Source: Lama guanicoe (lineage: Eukaryota). From it: a stretch of 64,000 nt of DNA. Position numbers and translations under genes: made by a program. The notes below the pieces were generated by a model. It worked only from the letters and a program-made list of their open reading frames with translations. It was not told the DNA's origin and did not search any database. The first letter of the stretch is position 1. The number at the start of each line of letters is the position of its first letter. Where the stretch lies: the NCBI GenBank assembly GCA_013239625.1, contig MU054212.1:5366270-5430269 (forward strand), given 5' to 3'. Shown in pieces: positions 1 through 13,501 of the stretch.

Positions 1-298
1 AGCTTCATTCCATCAACACATCTTGAAAATATGCTTTGGTAATCTCTCTCCCCAATACACCTGGCATCTCCAGGGCAGGTGTTCTAATTTGCCTGGTGTA
101 TCTAAGCGTGTGCCCTAATGCTCAAGAGAATACGTTCTGTAGAATGTGCGAAGTCCTCCTTTTCTGTATTAGAAAAGTAATGTTTAGCATCCTCCAAATT
201 TAGAAATGAAATTGATATTTTCCACAATATTTTCAAGTTTCATGGAGAAAAATTGTTTTAAGAAACAATTAACATTGCATCTCCAAATAACAACTTAC

Positions 299-361
299 CA
301 TTTTGTATCTCTGCCAGGTAAAATCAAGTTTCTGGATTGCTGTTCTAATAAAAAGGAAAAC
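299..361 (-). other. Candidate spliced exon D (46 nt from acceptor at 344, or 63 nt from acceptor at 361), ending in ATG
   Basis: On the minus strand there are two acceptors, tctttacag|G (361) and ttttcctttttattag|A (344). The donor is ATG|GTAAGT at 299/298 and the ATG has A at -3. The 63-nt form is open in phase 0 (VFLFIRTAIQKLDFTWQRYKM). Confidence 0.5.
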
Positions 362-844
362 CTGTAAAGAACGATACGTTTGGTAATTCTAAATCAAATA
401 TATTTTGTCACCAAGGAGATGTCATGCTTGCAACTTGTTTTTTATAGCAGATGTCCATTTAGGCCCATTTCCAAGTTTAAATAAATCTTAGACACAGCAA
501 TTGATAGCAATTAATCTGATGCCATGTACAAAGGTTAGCCCACACACAGTAAAAGTATAAGAAACCCAACAAATAAAACTGAAGCGTAAATACTTAAAAG
601 GACATGAATAAGAAGAACTGTGGAACTAAAGGAAGTAAATCCTGCAATATTATCCTAAATCCTAAGTCAGCAAAGCATAAAATCCAACTCTTGGAAGGAT
701 TTTGAAAACGTACATAACACAACATTCCTCAAGCCCCATTCAGACTTATTTTTGTTCTATGGTTTATACTGCACCAATCACATAATTTCACTTAGTCTTC
801 ACAGCAACCCATGGAAGTAGATATTATAATTAGCTAGCAAGGCG

Positions 845-896
845 CATGTACATATACATATCAAGTTTATGTTAAGGTATTTCTTATTGGAATAAT
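845..896. repeat. 52-bp dispersed exact duplicate, copy 1 (copy 2 at 2506-2557)
   Basis: catgtacatatacatatcaagtttatgttaaggtatttcttattggaataat is identical at 845-896 and 2506-2557. Confidence 0.95.
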
Positions 897-1278
897 TGGT
901 GCATGGCAAGGTGCCCCATAACTGCAATCTCCAGTTTCCTCTTCTGCAGTCCCTCCATTGTATAATACAGGTAACAACTTATCCTGACTTTCTTCAGCTC
1001 CAACAACCAAGCTTCGATTATCAAGGATTATTACACACCAGCTGTTACAGTAAATATGTACAGATAGGCATGGAGGAAGGGATAACTCAGCCTGAAGGTT
1101 ATATGTGGAAGCTTGACTGCTGAAATAACATCAGAGCTCACCAAAGAATAAGTAAAATATGATCAAGTGGAGAAGGAGTCTGATGAAATTTGGGACTGAC
1201 AGTTCAGAACCAAAATCAGAAACTTCTGGTATTAACCCTTCTTCACTACTCTGCTACTATTAATTTGGGCTACACTTA

Positions 1279-1962
1279 TGTAAGGCAAATACAAACTAAA
1301 AATAAAAGGTTTAATTCTCCCTGTTAAAATAAGGGGAAAGATTCCCCTTCCTCCATTTTCTTGCAGCATCTAATTAAGAAAACTTTTAAGTTCTTACATT
1401 GTCTCTTTGAAAAATATGTAAATTCTTTTAAAAGCTAAATGAGACTTGTGCCACCTGAAGGACCCAGGAATGTCTTTTTCAAGGACCTAGGAACCATCTC
1501 ATTAAAAAGTAAACATCAAAAGAGCATCTTCATCTCCCCATTTCTGTGGAAGGGTAAGAGTATAGCTTCCTTGAGTACCTTGCTCCAAGTTGCAAACTTA
1601 CTTCCTGCCATAGATACGAGAAGTTTGTTTTTCCTCTGCACAAAATCAATTAATGGGCACAGATAGTCATTCCAATTGCCAAGTGAATTTAGGATGAACT
1701 ATGTACAATACATGATGCCGTCAAGTCCTCTTGTCAGAGGAGTAGTTATTGTTTATCTTGAGAACGTGTATGTGGTGGGTTGTATCTGCTTGGCTGTGTG
1801 AGATTTCTTTCTGTATTTACTATCTCTTAGCAAATAGCCTGTGATGTGCATCACATTCTGGTTCAATAAAAAAAACCGTTTCCTTTCTCGACTTGAAAAA
1901 TCTTTGTGGAAAGATTTTCTGCACTGAGGGAAGATTTTGTGTTCAGTTTTATTTCCTTAGCA
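1279..1962 (+). mobile_element. Solo ERV1-class LTR (MER34-like)
   Basis: TG...CA termini, AATAAA near 1865, and internal ccaggaatgtctttttcaaggacctaggaaccatctc resembling MER34-group LTRs. No clean TSD; subfamily is from memory. Confidence 0.65.
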
Positions 1963-2505
1963 TTCATCATAATGCTACTTAAGATGAACAGAAATTATAT
2001 TATCTTTACTATAATGAGTGCTAGATAGATAGTATTGTTCCTAAAATTTAGATGTTTTCTTGAGTTAGTTCACGGATTTTGGCAGGCCAGTGAGGCAATC
2101 TACTCAACAAAAAAGTGTGTAAAAATCAGACCCTCAACTTAAGATTAGCTTTCTGAAAATTTTAAAAGTAGGAGTAATGACCATGTGGTGTTCCAAGCCT
2201 TTTACTGTACTGTTATTTTTCTCCCATTTAAATATACTTTCTTTGAAGCTATACTGATTTAGGCAGTAAAATAGCAAAATAATCTTAAATAGCAACCAAT
2301 TCAACCACACTTTACCTAAATTAAAAATCTTTGCTTTCACACTGATATTCCTTTGTTGCTTTAAAACAGAAATTAAGCTTTTGTTCTCAAGGATTTCAGA
2401 AAATATAATTTATCATTCTACTAATTAACTCTGAACAATTGGCTGAAAAGGGCATTTTTCCAGGAACAATATGAAAATGACCAAGTGCCTTTATACATAG
2501 GTACA

Positions 2506-2557
2506 CATGTACATATACATATCAAGTTTATGTTAAGGTATTTCTTATTGGAATAAT
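2506..2557. repeat. 52-bp dispersed exact duplicate, copy 2 (probable donor)
   Basis: Identical to 845-896. Confidence 0.95.
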
Positions 2558-2729
2558 AGAAAAGCAATAGAGGAGGAAAACTCAATAAATGTGCATAGAA
2601 CAAATGGATTACAATCCTCTGTTTAAAAATTGCTTCTTAATCACCATTACAGTTAAATTATAAGGTTATTCTAGTACCTAGTGAAATTTCTTAAGTAAAA
2701 AGCAACAACTTAAGGAATAAGAATAAGGA

Positions 2730-2945
2730 TGGTAAACATTTGTTGAGTGTTTACCAAACATCAAGCATAGCTTAAAATTATTTTAATACTTTTGACAACT
2801 TTATGAGTCAGAAACTATAATGGCCATTTTTACAGAGGAGAAAACCAGGACACAGAGAAGTCAGAGTAACTTGCCCACAGTCATGACGCTGGCAGATGCA
2901 AAGCAAAGGTTTGAAATTACAGACTGCAGGTTCAGGGCTCTAGCT
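2730..2945 (-). mobile_element. MIR SINE
   Basis: Reverse MIR core: ccatttttacagaggagaaaaccaggacacagagaagtcagagtaacttgcccacagtc. Confidence 0.8.
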
Positions 2946-3407
2946 GTCAACTGGCTGTTTTGCCTTTCTTGTGGCTTCTCTTAATGAACTGTCCTAGTGT
3001 TAAGCTTGTATTTAGCAACAGAAGCATGAACCAACTATATACCAAAGATGCTTTCATTCTTTAATCAAAGCAACCATTCCTGTCAATATTCTAAATTTAG
3101 TAATGTCTTAAACAGCATATCTATGAATACTGTCTCATTGACCTCTCACATTTTGAATTATACAATTATATATATATTTCATTTACTCAATAAGAAAAAA
3201 ATTATTAAAACGGGCAGGTTGTTGACCCAAGATTATTACTTATTCAACCTAAGTTTTCCTGATGTCTTTGTATTACACGGGTTGTTTATTTTCCCTTAGG
3301 AAATGTAGTCTTTTTGAAAGGACATAACTGAGTGGAAGACTGTGCCAAGAAATCAGTATTTATGGTTAATCTCCATTTCCAAGGCATTAAGATTAATACT
3401 TTCTTAC

Positions 3408-3480
3408 CAAAAGAATTCTTATGCTAGTACTTTCTTGCAAAGTGAATATCGGTGGTATTTATCGAGAATTGAATCCATGA
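3408..3480 (-). other. Candidate spliced exon C (73 nt), stop in all three frames
   Basis: Acceptor ctgattttcccttgatttcaag|T with a branch-like CTGAT. Donor TTG|GTAAGA. Two retained CpGs in AT-rich surroundings. Confidence 0.4.
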
Positions 3481-3504
3481 CTTGAAATCAAGGGAAAATC
3501 AGTG

Positions 3505-3690
3505 AATCAGTGGATAGCGTCTGAGTCTGAGCTTTGAAAGCAACCAGACCCAGGACTGAATCCTAGTCCTTCACTAATTGGCTCTATAGTATTTAGCAAG
3601 CTACTTATCCTCCCCTCTGTGTGAAATGGGTCAAATGATGATTACCTCTTAGCTTGATTATAAATAGTAGTGTAGGCAAATGGCAGCTAC
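3505..3690 (+). mobile_element. MIR SINE (degenerate)
   Basis: agacccaggactgaatcctagtccttcactaattggct...gcaagctacttatcc...tgtgaaatggg follows the MIR consensus order. Confidence 0.65.
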
Positions 3691-4299
3691 TATGAGCTCT
3701 GTATGAATTCTTTCAGGATACATGAAGTGAGGTAAAGCAGAGTCTTCCAGAGTGGTATCTATGTACGTTGAATTGATCTTATGTGATACGTGAAAGAATC
3801 TATTTCTTTTTACTTTATTTTATATTAGAACAGCAGTAACTACTACGTCAAAAGTATGATTTTATGGGCATGTCTCCTTAAGCTGAGAGTTTCTTAGCTT
3901 GAAGCTAAGACAATACAGTAGATGGTTTAAGGTTAATTTAAAGAAAAGTATTTTCTTTCACTCAGATCAACTTGGTAAACTTGGTAAAAGTACAGTGAAT
4001 ACATTTTAAATTAGTTTGGATGTTCCTCAAAGTCCAAATTAATAAATTTGGGGGGAAAAAGTAGAAAAGGGAGAAATAAATAAAATAATCTTGTAATCAT
4101 TGTATAGAACCTAATTTGCAGATTTGGGTTAAACTCGCTTTCTAATACTATACGTAAAACCTATTTAAATATTATCATATGAGTGAACTATTTTGATTCT
4201 ACATAATATACTCACTATAATTCATAGAAACCTAGTATGTAATGGACTTGTACAGTCCTTTATGAGGCACAATATGTCTGGTTACCTCCACAATAGTTC

Positions 4300-4445
4300 A
4301 ATATTCATTTATTCATTGAACAAATATTCTTGAGTGGCTATTGTAAGCCAGACACTGATTTAGTGCTGGGAATATAATAATGAAAGGGTCAGACGTTCTA
4401 GTATGCCCACATTCTAGTATGGAAGACATGAAATAAATAGTTGAA
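4300..4445 (-). mobile_element. L2 LINE 3' end
   Basis: attcatttattcattgaacaaatattcttgagtggctattgtaagccagacactgatttagtgctggg is the reverse complement of the L2 tail. Confidence 0.75.
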
Positions 4446-6094
4446 TGCTTACTTTGTTATAAAATGTTACCGGGTTTTTGAGTTATTTATACATTTTGTA
4501 CTTAGATTCATTCTGTTCTCTTTTCTCATTGGATTGATAGCATGCCAGTAAATTTTTCTGATGAATGTTTTAATATAGATAATGCATTTTTGATCATAAG
4601 ATCATACTGAATGATCCAAGTACATAGGTGTAGACTGTTTTTGATACGGATATTTGTAAAACATAACAGTTAAATTGTTTGTAGCATGGGCCATCATTTC
4701 TTTCTCAGAATGTAGATCTCCATGGCCTACGTGCTTAGGAAGGTAGGTTTTCAGGATAAGAATGTCAGCTGTGTTAGCTCAGGGAACACCAGCTACATCT
4801 GCACCTCCCCATCTGTGTTCCTAGTCAAACCATTTTCTAATCAGTTCTTATTTAAAGAGCAGAGAATACTTCTTGTATGTAGGCTTCTCAGAAAAGCATT
4901 CTTTCTTCTAAATACAGAACTCAGAACAATGGCTTTTTAATTCTGTTTCACTCTGAAATGACTGCTTAATTTTGAATTTCAGATTTCTTCTTTTCAGAAT
5001 TAATAGAACAAATTCAAAAAATAATAATTTACTATAAATGCATCTTTCTTTTCCATTGTCTTTGAAAAATAGAAGCTTAAGCAACAGCCCAAAATTTAAA
5101 CTTAGAAAAAATTGTGGGACACAACAGCTTTGTGAATCTAAATCCTAATTTGGTAGAATTAGTTCATGAAAAGAGATTCCATTTGGGAGCATTTCAGAAA
5201 ATGAACAGATACATTTGTGTCACACTATAACCAACACTTCAAGTAAGGAAAGATAATTTTCCATAAAGAGCTATCTGTCTATCAGAGGAGAGAACAAAAT
5301 TGATGAGTTATTTTCTTAACTGCCATTGTTTCCACTATTAAGATTTCTTTGCCAAGAAACCAATTTTAGGAAAACTCAGACTCTGAGCAAATCAAGTTAT
5401 TTCTTCTGCTCATTGACTTCAGATTACCTTAAGGTCCCGAGTGTAGAATCTATTTCCTCACTTTGCTCACAACAATAATTTGAATTTTTCTTAATAATGC
5501 CAACACACATGGTGACAAAGGAGGACACAAGCTGAGAGACTAACCAGTAAGCTACTTAGGAGAATTATGCTGGGCCAAGAAGTGCTAGCTAATTATTTTA
5601 TCAGAAATCGTCAGTGCAGCTAATTGAGAGATTGATTTACATGAATCTTTTCTTAAAAAAAAAAATCCCCAAATCAGTAAGACACTTGATTATGCATACA
5701 TAGAGACTAATTTGGGGGATGCATTTTTCATTGAACAAAAGTAAAAAAATTAATCTCCGTCTTCCAGGATTCATGACGTACACATAGAAAAAGAATGTAT
5801 CCCACACATCACACGTTGAAACCTGAACAGGTGAGATCAGGAAGAGCTAGGTGAGATCAGGAACAGCTTCATGATTTCTTCGCGGAGGAAGTAAGACCTT
5901 GTATTGATGAAGAAGGAGCAGGAGGAAGCGTCATAAATATCAGGAGACGCAGCAATTCTGACGAGATGTGAAATCATAAATAAATAAGCTCAGAGCACAG
6001 GCTTTGTGTAGAAAAATGAGGTTGTTTTAAGAGCAGGGTTGTAATTCTACATAAAATGCTGAGGAATTTAATGTAGTGCACAGGAATGGGAAAC

Positions 6095-6529
6095 TTTTTT
6101 AATTGAAATATAGTTGATTTAGAATGTTGTGTTAGTTTCAAGTGCACAGCAAAGTGATTCAGTGATACATACTCATATACATAGATAGATTCTTTTTCAT
6201 ATTCTGTTCCATTATGGTTTATTACAAGATATCGAATGTAGTTCCCTGTGCTATACAGTAGGACCTTGTTGTTTATCTATTTAATATAAGTAATGTGTAT
6301 CTGTTAATCCCCAACTCCTAATTTATCTCTCCCTTCCTTCCCCTTTGGTAACCTTAGTTTCTTTTCTATGCCTGTGAGTCTACTTCTGGTCTATAAATAA
6401 GTTCACTTGTATCATTTTTTTTAGATTCCATGTAAAATGACATCATATGATATTTTTCTTTCTCTGACTGACTTAACTTCACTTAATATAATAATCTCTA
6501 GGCCCATCCATGTTGCTGCAGATGGCATG
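6095..6529 (-). mobile_element. 5'-truncated L1, cetartiodactyl-type 3' UTR
   Basis: Poly-T followed by aattgaaatatagttgattt...gttccctgtgctatacagtaggaccttgttg. The ORF2 tail appears in ORF 6421-6618 (AATWMGLEIIILSEV). Diverged 11-bp TSD: atgggaaactt (6086-6096) / atagaaaactt (6530-6540). Confidence 0.92.
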
Positions 6530-8359
6530 ATAGAAAACTTAATTTTTAAAATTTTTAAGCTATGGAATGAAAATAGAAGATAAGTACTTAATATGAGTCG
6601 CCAAAGTGATACTTTCACAGTAATAATGTATGATCAAAACTTATTTATTTTTTCTACTCTTAGATGCTCTAGGAGTGTGTAGTGACCGTAGGACTGTCAC
6701 TTCATGGTGTAACTGGCTGATTGGATGGTGTCAAAATCTAGCTGTTGTGATGTCAAACTCATTATGGTGGACAGACTCTCTTTTGGGCTGGAGCAACAGA
6801 CTGGGGACATGGGTGCCCTGAGAACGTGTGCATCAACTGTGCTTGGGAATTCAGTCAGAGCCACTAAGGGTCTGAGCGATGATGCAAAACCCTAAATCCA
6901 CAATACAGTGCCTACTCCAGTTTTCAGAAACTATGCATTTACTTTTTCACCATTTTCTGCTCAACACAGTTAGAACTTTAGATCAGTTCGTGCAGAGAGC
7001 CTCACTGCCCTCAGGTCTTGGCACGAGAATCTGGACTTATCTGTGCGTCACAGAAAGGCTTTTTTTTTTTTTTGACAGACTGCTCCCCTAGGGGAATCCA
7101 GTATCCCAAATGTAAGGCCCTGGATTCAACCACCTGGTCTCAATTTCAAAACCTCCAAGTTAATATCTGTGAAAATTTCAGAGTTTTGGATAATAAATTG
7201 TACCAGCTAAACTGTCCAAGCTTCAGAAAGGAAATAAGGAAAGGAGAAAAATGTATTCATTTAACGAACAGTTACTGAGGTCGATTAGCATAGAAATAGT
7301 GCTCACATATAAACCTCATATGTATCTCATCTTGTAAGATTTCCACTTTGTTCAGTTTTTAATATTTGCTATTATACATCTGATTACATGCCAGAAATTT
7401 CCATCTAGGTTGAAACAGAATTTTATGATTTTATGTTTTGTGCCCTGGAACAATTTTGAAAGCAGGAGGTAATAAATCCATCGAGACAAATTTTTCATGG
7501 AGCCAGACAGGAAAGGAGCTTTCTTGCCACTAAGTGGTAGCACGGAAATTCACCTTTTAAGATGCATGGCCTTCCTGAGAGGTCAGAACAAGACCTCCCA
7601 GGCAAGCTCGAGACTGAGAGATGGGACTGAGCTTCCCTTCAGGTTCTGTGCCGCACAGCTCTGAGGTATTCAGGGAAATAGAATATCTGACAGTTATGAG
7701 GCAGGAGACTTGGGGACCACAGTTGCTACCCTGGAACACGGAGACTGCAGGAGAGACATGGAGGAAACTCCTCTCCCATCTGTCTTCCAGCACATTTTTA
7801 GTTTGATATTTCAAGAGCAGAAAAGAATGACTTCAAATTTGGATCATTACTTCATGTTGATTATTCTTGAATTTATATCACTTTGGTCCTGTCAAACGCA
7901 GTTATAAAAATAAAATCTTCAAGTCTCCAGTAAGGTGTGCCTAGTCAAGAATTTCTAGTTAAGAAAGAGCAATTTAGTGTTTATTTCCATCCCTCTATAA
8001 GCAGAGCTAAGTTCAAACGGTGTTTGTTTTAATAATTTTTAAAACCTTCTGAATACATTTTTAAATATAATTAAAATATGATTCATGCAACTGATTCTAT
8101 TGTTAAGGTTGGTGTGGATAGAACAAAATCATCAGAAATTTTCCAAAACTATAGAAACACTCTGAAATAATAAGATAAGTTTCACAAATACTTTTGTTGT
8201 TCTAAATAAGCAATAACAGGCATTTAAAATAAAAAGTAAACATTCTCTTTGCATCCGCATCTGCAACAGAGAATGTAACTGGAGACAATGCATGTCATAG
8301 TGCTTAGCATCGCGGGGGCTCAGTAAGGTGGTTTAACTTTCCTTAGGATTCATGCTGAA

Positions 8360-9760
8360 TATAATTCCAAGCCAGAGACTCCCTTCTGGCCATAACACAA
8401 ATTTCTCCCTTAAGCAAAATAAGGCTCACCCCGACTCCGTCCAAAACCCCTCAAAAGTCTTACCTAATCATAGTATCAGGCTCAAAGTCTGGGACCTGGT
8501 GATTTATATCAAGTCTAGATATGTATCCTCTTATCTAGAGACCTATGAATGTAAACAAAGAGGGAGAGAAAGAGAGTGATAAACAAGTCAATTACAGTAT
8601 GTGGACAAGAGATCACACAGTACGTGGACAAGAGATCTCCCGTAAGCACTCACATTTGAAAAGGGGAAGAAAGGGAAGCATACAGAAATCTCTTTTCCAC
8701 GGTAACTCAGGAGTCCTGCCATGCAAGTCGGTCCATGGCCCCTAATCCGGAGGTAACGGGTGGTCCTGGATCAGGTCCTAGTTTTGCTTCCTGGGCAGGG
8801 CTCTCAGTCTGTACCTCCCCAGCGCTTTAATCTCAAAACATTTTTCATCATCATTATCCAGTTCTAAAGAGGTTGTTAGAAAAGATACACTCTGTGACAG
8901 CTAAGTAGCTTTCGTAGCCCAATTTCTGCCTGCAAAATTGGGGACCAGAAGGTATTTGGGGTATTAAACAGCCTCAATCCCTTTTAGCCTTGGTGGTGGT
9001 GTTTTAGCCATGTTCCCCCAAATCCAAATCCCTGAGGGTTTCATGTACTTGATTATAGTCAACTTCATTTACAAAAGTAACAAATTTGGGGGGTTTCATT
9101 ATATACTCTATTGCCATAAATTAAATTTTATGAAAGCCACAGACCTTTGGGTGCTTTGAGTACCATTGGCACAGCAGGAATCTGTGGGCCCAGGCTCTCC
9201 TGAGGCCTTTGTTCCCTGTGAGGATATTCTAGGCGTCACCTTAATTCTTTCAAAGATCTTAAAGCACAAGAGGAAAGCACAGGGGGGCTATTCATTAATT
9301 TAGTCTACACCCCTAAGCTACATCTTAAAGACACTTGATTTTATCTTTGCCCCAAAGCTGTATCTTAATTTGATAATATTTAACTGTCTGGCAGGATTAG
9401 AGAGGCAGAAGAAAGGGATTTACACACCAGCACATTTGGGAAGCTCTCTGTTTTCTCTTCATTCTGTTTACTAACTAGATAGTTACTTTCTGAGCTCATC
9501 TCTCTTTTATTACCTTATTAAATCCATCTAAATGAAGCTAGATCACTCATTCTACACTCTGCCTGGAATCCACAAATTAATTAAATCCAATGTCAGCCTT
9601 CCAGTGACAGTTTTTAAAACTATTTCATGACTGTATCATATGGGTTAACATTTTCTAAGCCTCCTATATCAGCTTCCTTGTCACCTGTCACTCAAGCCTA
9701 AAATCAATGCCCCATGTTTCAGTTTTTTGTCTTATCAGCACTCCACTTCAAGTACTGATT
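8360..9760 (-). mobile_element. MaLR (MLT1) internal region
   Basis: MLT1-int-like motifs (ctagagacctatgaa, cactcacatttgaaaaggggaaga). The typical int/LTR junction atgccccatgtttcagttttttgtcttatcagcactccacttcaagtactgattt directly abuts an MLT1 LTR. Confidence 0.55.
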
Positions 9761-10250
9761 TGGTATCGGATAGCTTTTGATGTAACAACCACAAAATCAA
9801 TGACATACCAAAAGAAGAGTTTACTTCTCACACATCTTTCATATTGACTGGAGTGCCTCTGCTTTTGTTGGTTGGGTTCACACACACACATCAGTGGACC
9901 CACTGAGTTTGATTGGGCTCACCTGAGTATTTCTACTTCAAACATAGGACGGTGGACTGGCCAAGGAGCTCTGCTGCGTGATTCACGTGACCTCCTTGGA
10001 CCTGCAGGCTAGCCAAGGCATGGTACTCTCGTGGCAATAGCAGAGGTACAAAAGAACATGTCAACTGCACAGGCACATTTCAGTCCCTACCTGCTGCAAA
10101 AGCCCTTGCTTTTAATATTCCATTTGTCAAAGCAAGTCATCCCATTATCCAAGCGCAGAATCTAAAAGTGGAGAAGAACACTGTGTTTTAAGGGAGGAAT
10201 TGCAAAACTATTTTAAAAAGGTGTCAGTTGAGGAAGAACTGAGATCTACT
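9761..10250 (-). mobile_element. MLT1-type LTR (MLT1G/H/J group)
   Basis: gtaacaaccacaaaatcaatgac... gtggcaatagcagaggtacaaaagaa ...aatattccatttgtcaaagcaagtcat...agggaggaattgcaaa. Confidence 0.7.
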
Positions 10251-11391
10251 TTACTAACAAAGCACTTTTGTAGAAAAGATAATGAATTTGTTGTATCTTA
10301 CACTCAAAAATACCTGTAAACAGCTGGGGTATATCCAGAAGGCAACTAAGGTTGAAGATTTGGTGATATCAAAGCCAGGGAAATAGGAGTGAGCAACACT
10401 AGTATATAGATGTGTAGCAACTTTGCAGTGCATACCGCATGACAAGGATAAAAGGGATAGTATTTTGGAATAAATACAAAAGCATGGTGAAAAATTGGAG
10501 AAAAGAAGATAGAAGAGAAGGCTAAGAATAAGAAGGAGCATTAATGTATGAAGTAAAATACATGTGTCGTGGATACCATAAGAAAAAAATAATTTGAAGA
10601 AGGAAGAAGTCATAAAATGTACAAAAAGGTAAATGGGGCTAAGACCTAGAAGCAGATAATTACATTTGGCAATTAAGAGGTATTATTTCCATGTTACAGA
10701 TATATTAAGTAATCACATATTTGCACATGGTTTAATGACATCTAAATACAAACTGTGGATCATAGCATCTGACTTGATGGCTGCCTGCCCTCAGTTCAAT
10801 TTAATAAGCATTAGACCTTGTCCTTCATATTTCTAGGAGCAAATCAAATATTAAGATTCTTTGATATCTCTATCTAACACATTCTTAACAATGAGATGCA
10901 TGTGGAAGGAGAGTAATCCAAATTACAAAAGCTGAAAGAAAAGAATTAGCCTGACAAACTCTTCAGTCTATCTCATTTACAATATGGGTAATAAAAAATA
11001 TAATTAGAATAAAGCACATTAGAGAAACAAATTCCCCAAGCCTGCCCTATGAGTTTCGACTCTGTGTTCCAGGGGGAATGTATCTAAATGAGCAAAAACA
11101 AAATGCAACCCACTGGGAATAACAAAATCGTTAAGTAATATCAGTAAAGTTGTTTGCTCCCCACAATAATATCAGCTGGAATTTCATACAAAGAGAAGCA
11201 ACAGTATTAGTTTCTAGCCCACCAGGACTGATTTTCTGTCTATCAAAATCTAACCTGTTCAGATAGATCAAATAATTAAAGAGAATGTTACACGTGGAAT
11301 ATGCCTAGCAAAGTTTTATCTACGTTTCTTATACACGTGGCAAGAAACATAAAGTAATTTTGGCCACACAGGTTGATTTCATGCATGCAGG

Positions 11392-11713
11392 CGTTAGGAG
11401 TTGCATTGTGTGCCTTCAGAAAATAGACGTTGCATTTCTCCTCCCCAGTACCTCGGAATGTAATCTTATTTGGACATCGGGTTGTTGCGGTTGTAATAAG
11501 GTAAGATGAAGTCAATGCTGGAGTAGAGTGGGTCTCCAATGCAGTATCACTGGGGTCTGTACAAGAAGATGGCCATTTGAAGAAGGAGACACATGTGAAG
11601 ATGGAAGATTGGAGTGAGGCAACTACAAGCCAAGGGACACCTAGGACTTCCGGCAAACCACCAGCAGTTAAAAACAAGCAAGGGAGGCTTCCCCTACACA
11701 TTTCGGAGGCACA
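11392..11713 (+). mobile_element. MLT1B/C-like LTR, 3'-truncated
   Basis: ccccagtacctcggaatgtaatcttatttgga...catgtgaagatggaagattggagtgaggcaactacaagccaagggacacc...aaccaccagcagtta. Confidence 0.85.
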
Positions 11714-11830
11714 TTTTGAGATTATCAAAGCTACTGATGAATATTCAAGAGGTGAGGCTGTAGATTAGCATTTGGTTTAAATGATGTAACAATAAAAAGA
11801 TCCCCACTGATGAGGTGGCAGTTTTTAACA

Positions 11831-12070
11831 AGACAGTATGATGGTTGTTAATAAAGATCATGGGCTTTGAAGTCAAGAAATCTTGGCTTAAAGATCTAGC
11901 TTCATCATTAATTAGTTATTTGACCTTAAATAGTTTATTTGAATTCTCTAAAAACCAGCTTTCTCATCTGTAAAATGAAGATTATAATGATGTCTGCCCT
12001 ACAGGGTTCTCATGAAGACTAAAGCATGCGCTCTTTAAAGCACAGTGCCAGCACATAGTAGGTGGGTAAG
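11831..12070 (+). mobile_element. MIR SINE, near full length
   Basis: catgggctttgaagtca...tttctcatctgtaaaatgaagattataat...cacagtgccagcacatagtagg. Confidence 0.85.
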
Positions 12071-12733
12071 TTAGGTGCCCTTATCAGTCTTACTCTATAA
12101 TCTGAAAAACTTTTGTATCTTTTTAGAAATCCGTGTCCCACACTATTTCAAATCAGCTTATTCCCCTTTCACTGCCTTTCACAGTAGCATTTCCATATCA
12201 TTCTGTAACCAACCTACACTTAAAGATGAAGTGTATGTTATGTCTTACCACCTTGACAGAAAACATACATGACAAAGTGCAGAAATGTACAGTATTTAGA
12301 GTTAGAATTGATGTTCCTCCTTTGCCAGAAAGGAAGGGTTTGGCCAATTCCTCAGACATCTCACAGTATCTGTTTATTCTGCTTTGGAATAAAATTATAA
12401 TTATGCCTATTTTATTGAGTATATTAAATGCAAAATATAGACAGACTATCTGGCACAAAGAAACTCAAAAGTTCCTGGAGCAGCCCTCTGTAATTCCTCA
12501 GTCCATTCAGGCACCAGGTTCAATCCATGATCATCCTATGGCATTGGTTTGTCAGCGTCTCGTTGTCTCATGATAGAATCACTCAAACAGCTTCCTAAAC
12601 TGCTCCCCTGTCTTCGATCTCTCCACCCAGTCCTATGCAGCCCGTGTGCTACTAACAAAATGAACTTCATGGTATTATTGGCTTTAAAAAGAAAAGGAAA
12701 CATGTTCACCATATACAATTTTATTTACTCTAA

Positions 12734-13386
12734 ACTATTCTTTCTGGCTTGCAAAAGTCTTGCAAGTGATCTAGTCCCATCCCAACCCAGATCTAATAAA
12801 GGACTAGCTGCCGCAGCTGCAAGGAATGATGACAGTAGACAGCTTTGCCAGAGCCTTCAGCGGCAAAGCGCCAGTTTTCACAAAGCCATGCCCCTTCCCA
12901 GGGTACGCTACAATCCAGGACTCATCAGTGCCTGCACAGAAAGTCCTGATCAGCTCAGCCTATAACTATAAAAAGCCATTCTAGCTCCAGAGCTACCCAG
13001 AGGGCTGGCTGAGACCATGATTGGAGTAGCATCCTTGACTTCTCCACTATTCTTTCTGGCTTGCAAAAGTCTTGCAAGTGATCTAGTCCCATCTCACTGC
13101 AGTGGACAGTGAAATGCACCACCCAGATCTCCATCAATAAAGGACTAGCTGCCGCAGCTGCAAGGAATGATGACAGTAGACAGCTTTGCCAGAGCCTTCA
13201 GCGGCAAAGCGCCAGTTTTCACAAAGCCATGCCCCTTCCCAGGGTACGCTACAATCCAGGACTCATCAGTGCATGCACAGAAAGTCCTGATCAGCTCAGC
13301 CTGTAACTATAAAAAGCCATTCTAGCTCCAGAGCTCCCCAGAGGGCTGGCTGAGACCATGATTGGAGTAGCATCCTTGACTTCTCC
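12734..13386. repeat. Tandem duplication: copy 1 12734-13045 (312 bp), copy 2 13046-13386 (341 bp)
   Basis: Direct alignment shows 3 substitutions. Copy 1 lacks about 24 bp and 5 bp near the LTR16 5' end. Confidence 0.95.
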
Positions 13387-13501
13387 TTCTGCCCACTTCT
13401 GCTTCACTCCCTCCCTTTCACAAGTATTAATCCCAAGGACTGTCCTTAATAAGCACCCTGCGCAACAAAATCTATCTCCGAGTTGGCTCAAATCTGCAAC
13501 T
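13098..13501 (+). mobile_element. LTR16A/B-like ERVL solo LTR
   Basis: Starts tgcagtggacagtgaaatgcaccacccagatc and contains gccattctagctccagagctcccc and acttctccttctgccca. 5-bp TSD CTCAC at 13093-13097 and 13502-13506. Confidence 0.85.

Noticed and set aside
7525..7542. CTCF-like gccactaagtggtagca (similar weak matches near 38910 and 54940)
   Set aside because: Mismatches at high-information core positions; expected by chance.
11288..11768. Overlapping 146-aa and 63-aa ORFs
   Set aside because: Both lie largely in an MLT1 LTR; chance ORFs.
12549..13306. Two ORFs sharing NKGLAAAAARNDDSRQLCQ..., suggesting a repeated protein or paralogues
   Set aside because: Produced by the DNA tandem duplication of L2/LTR16 sequence; no coding or splicing evidence.
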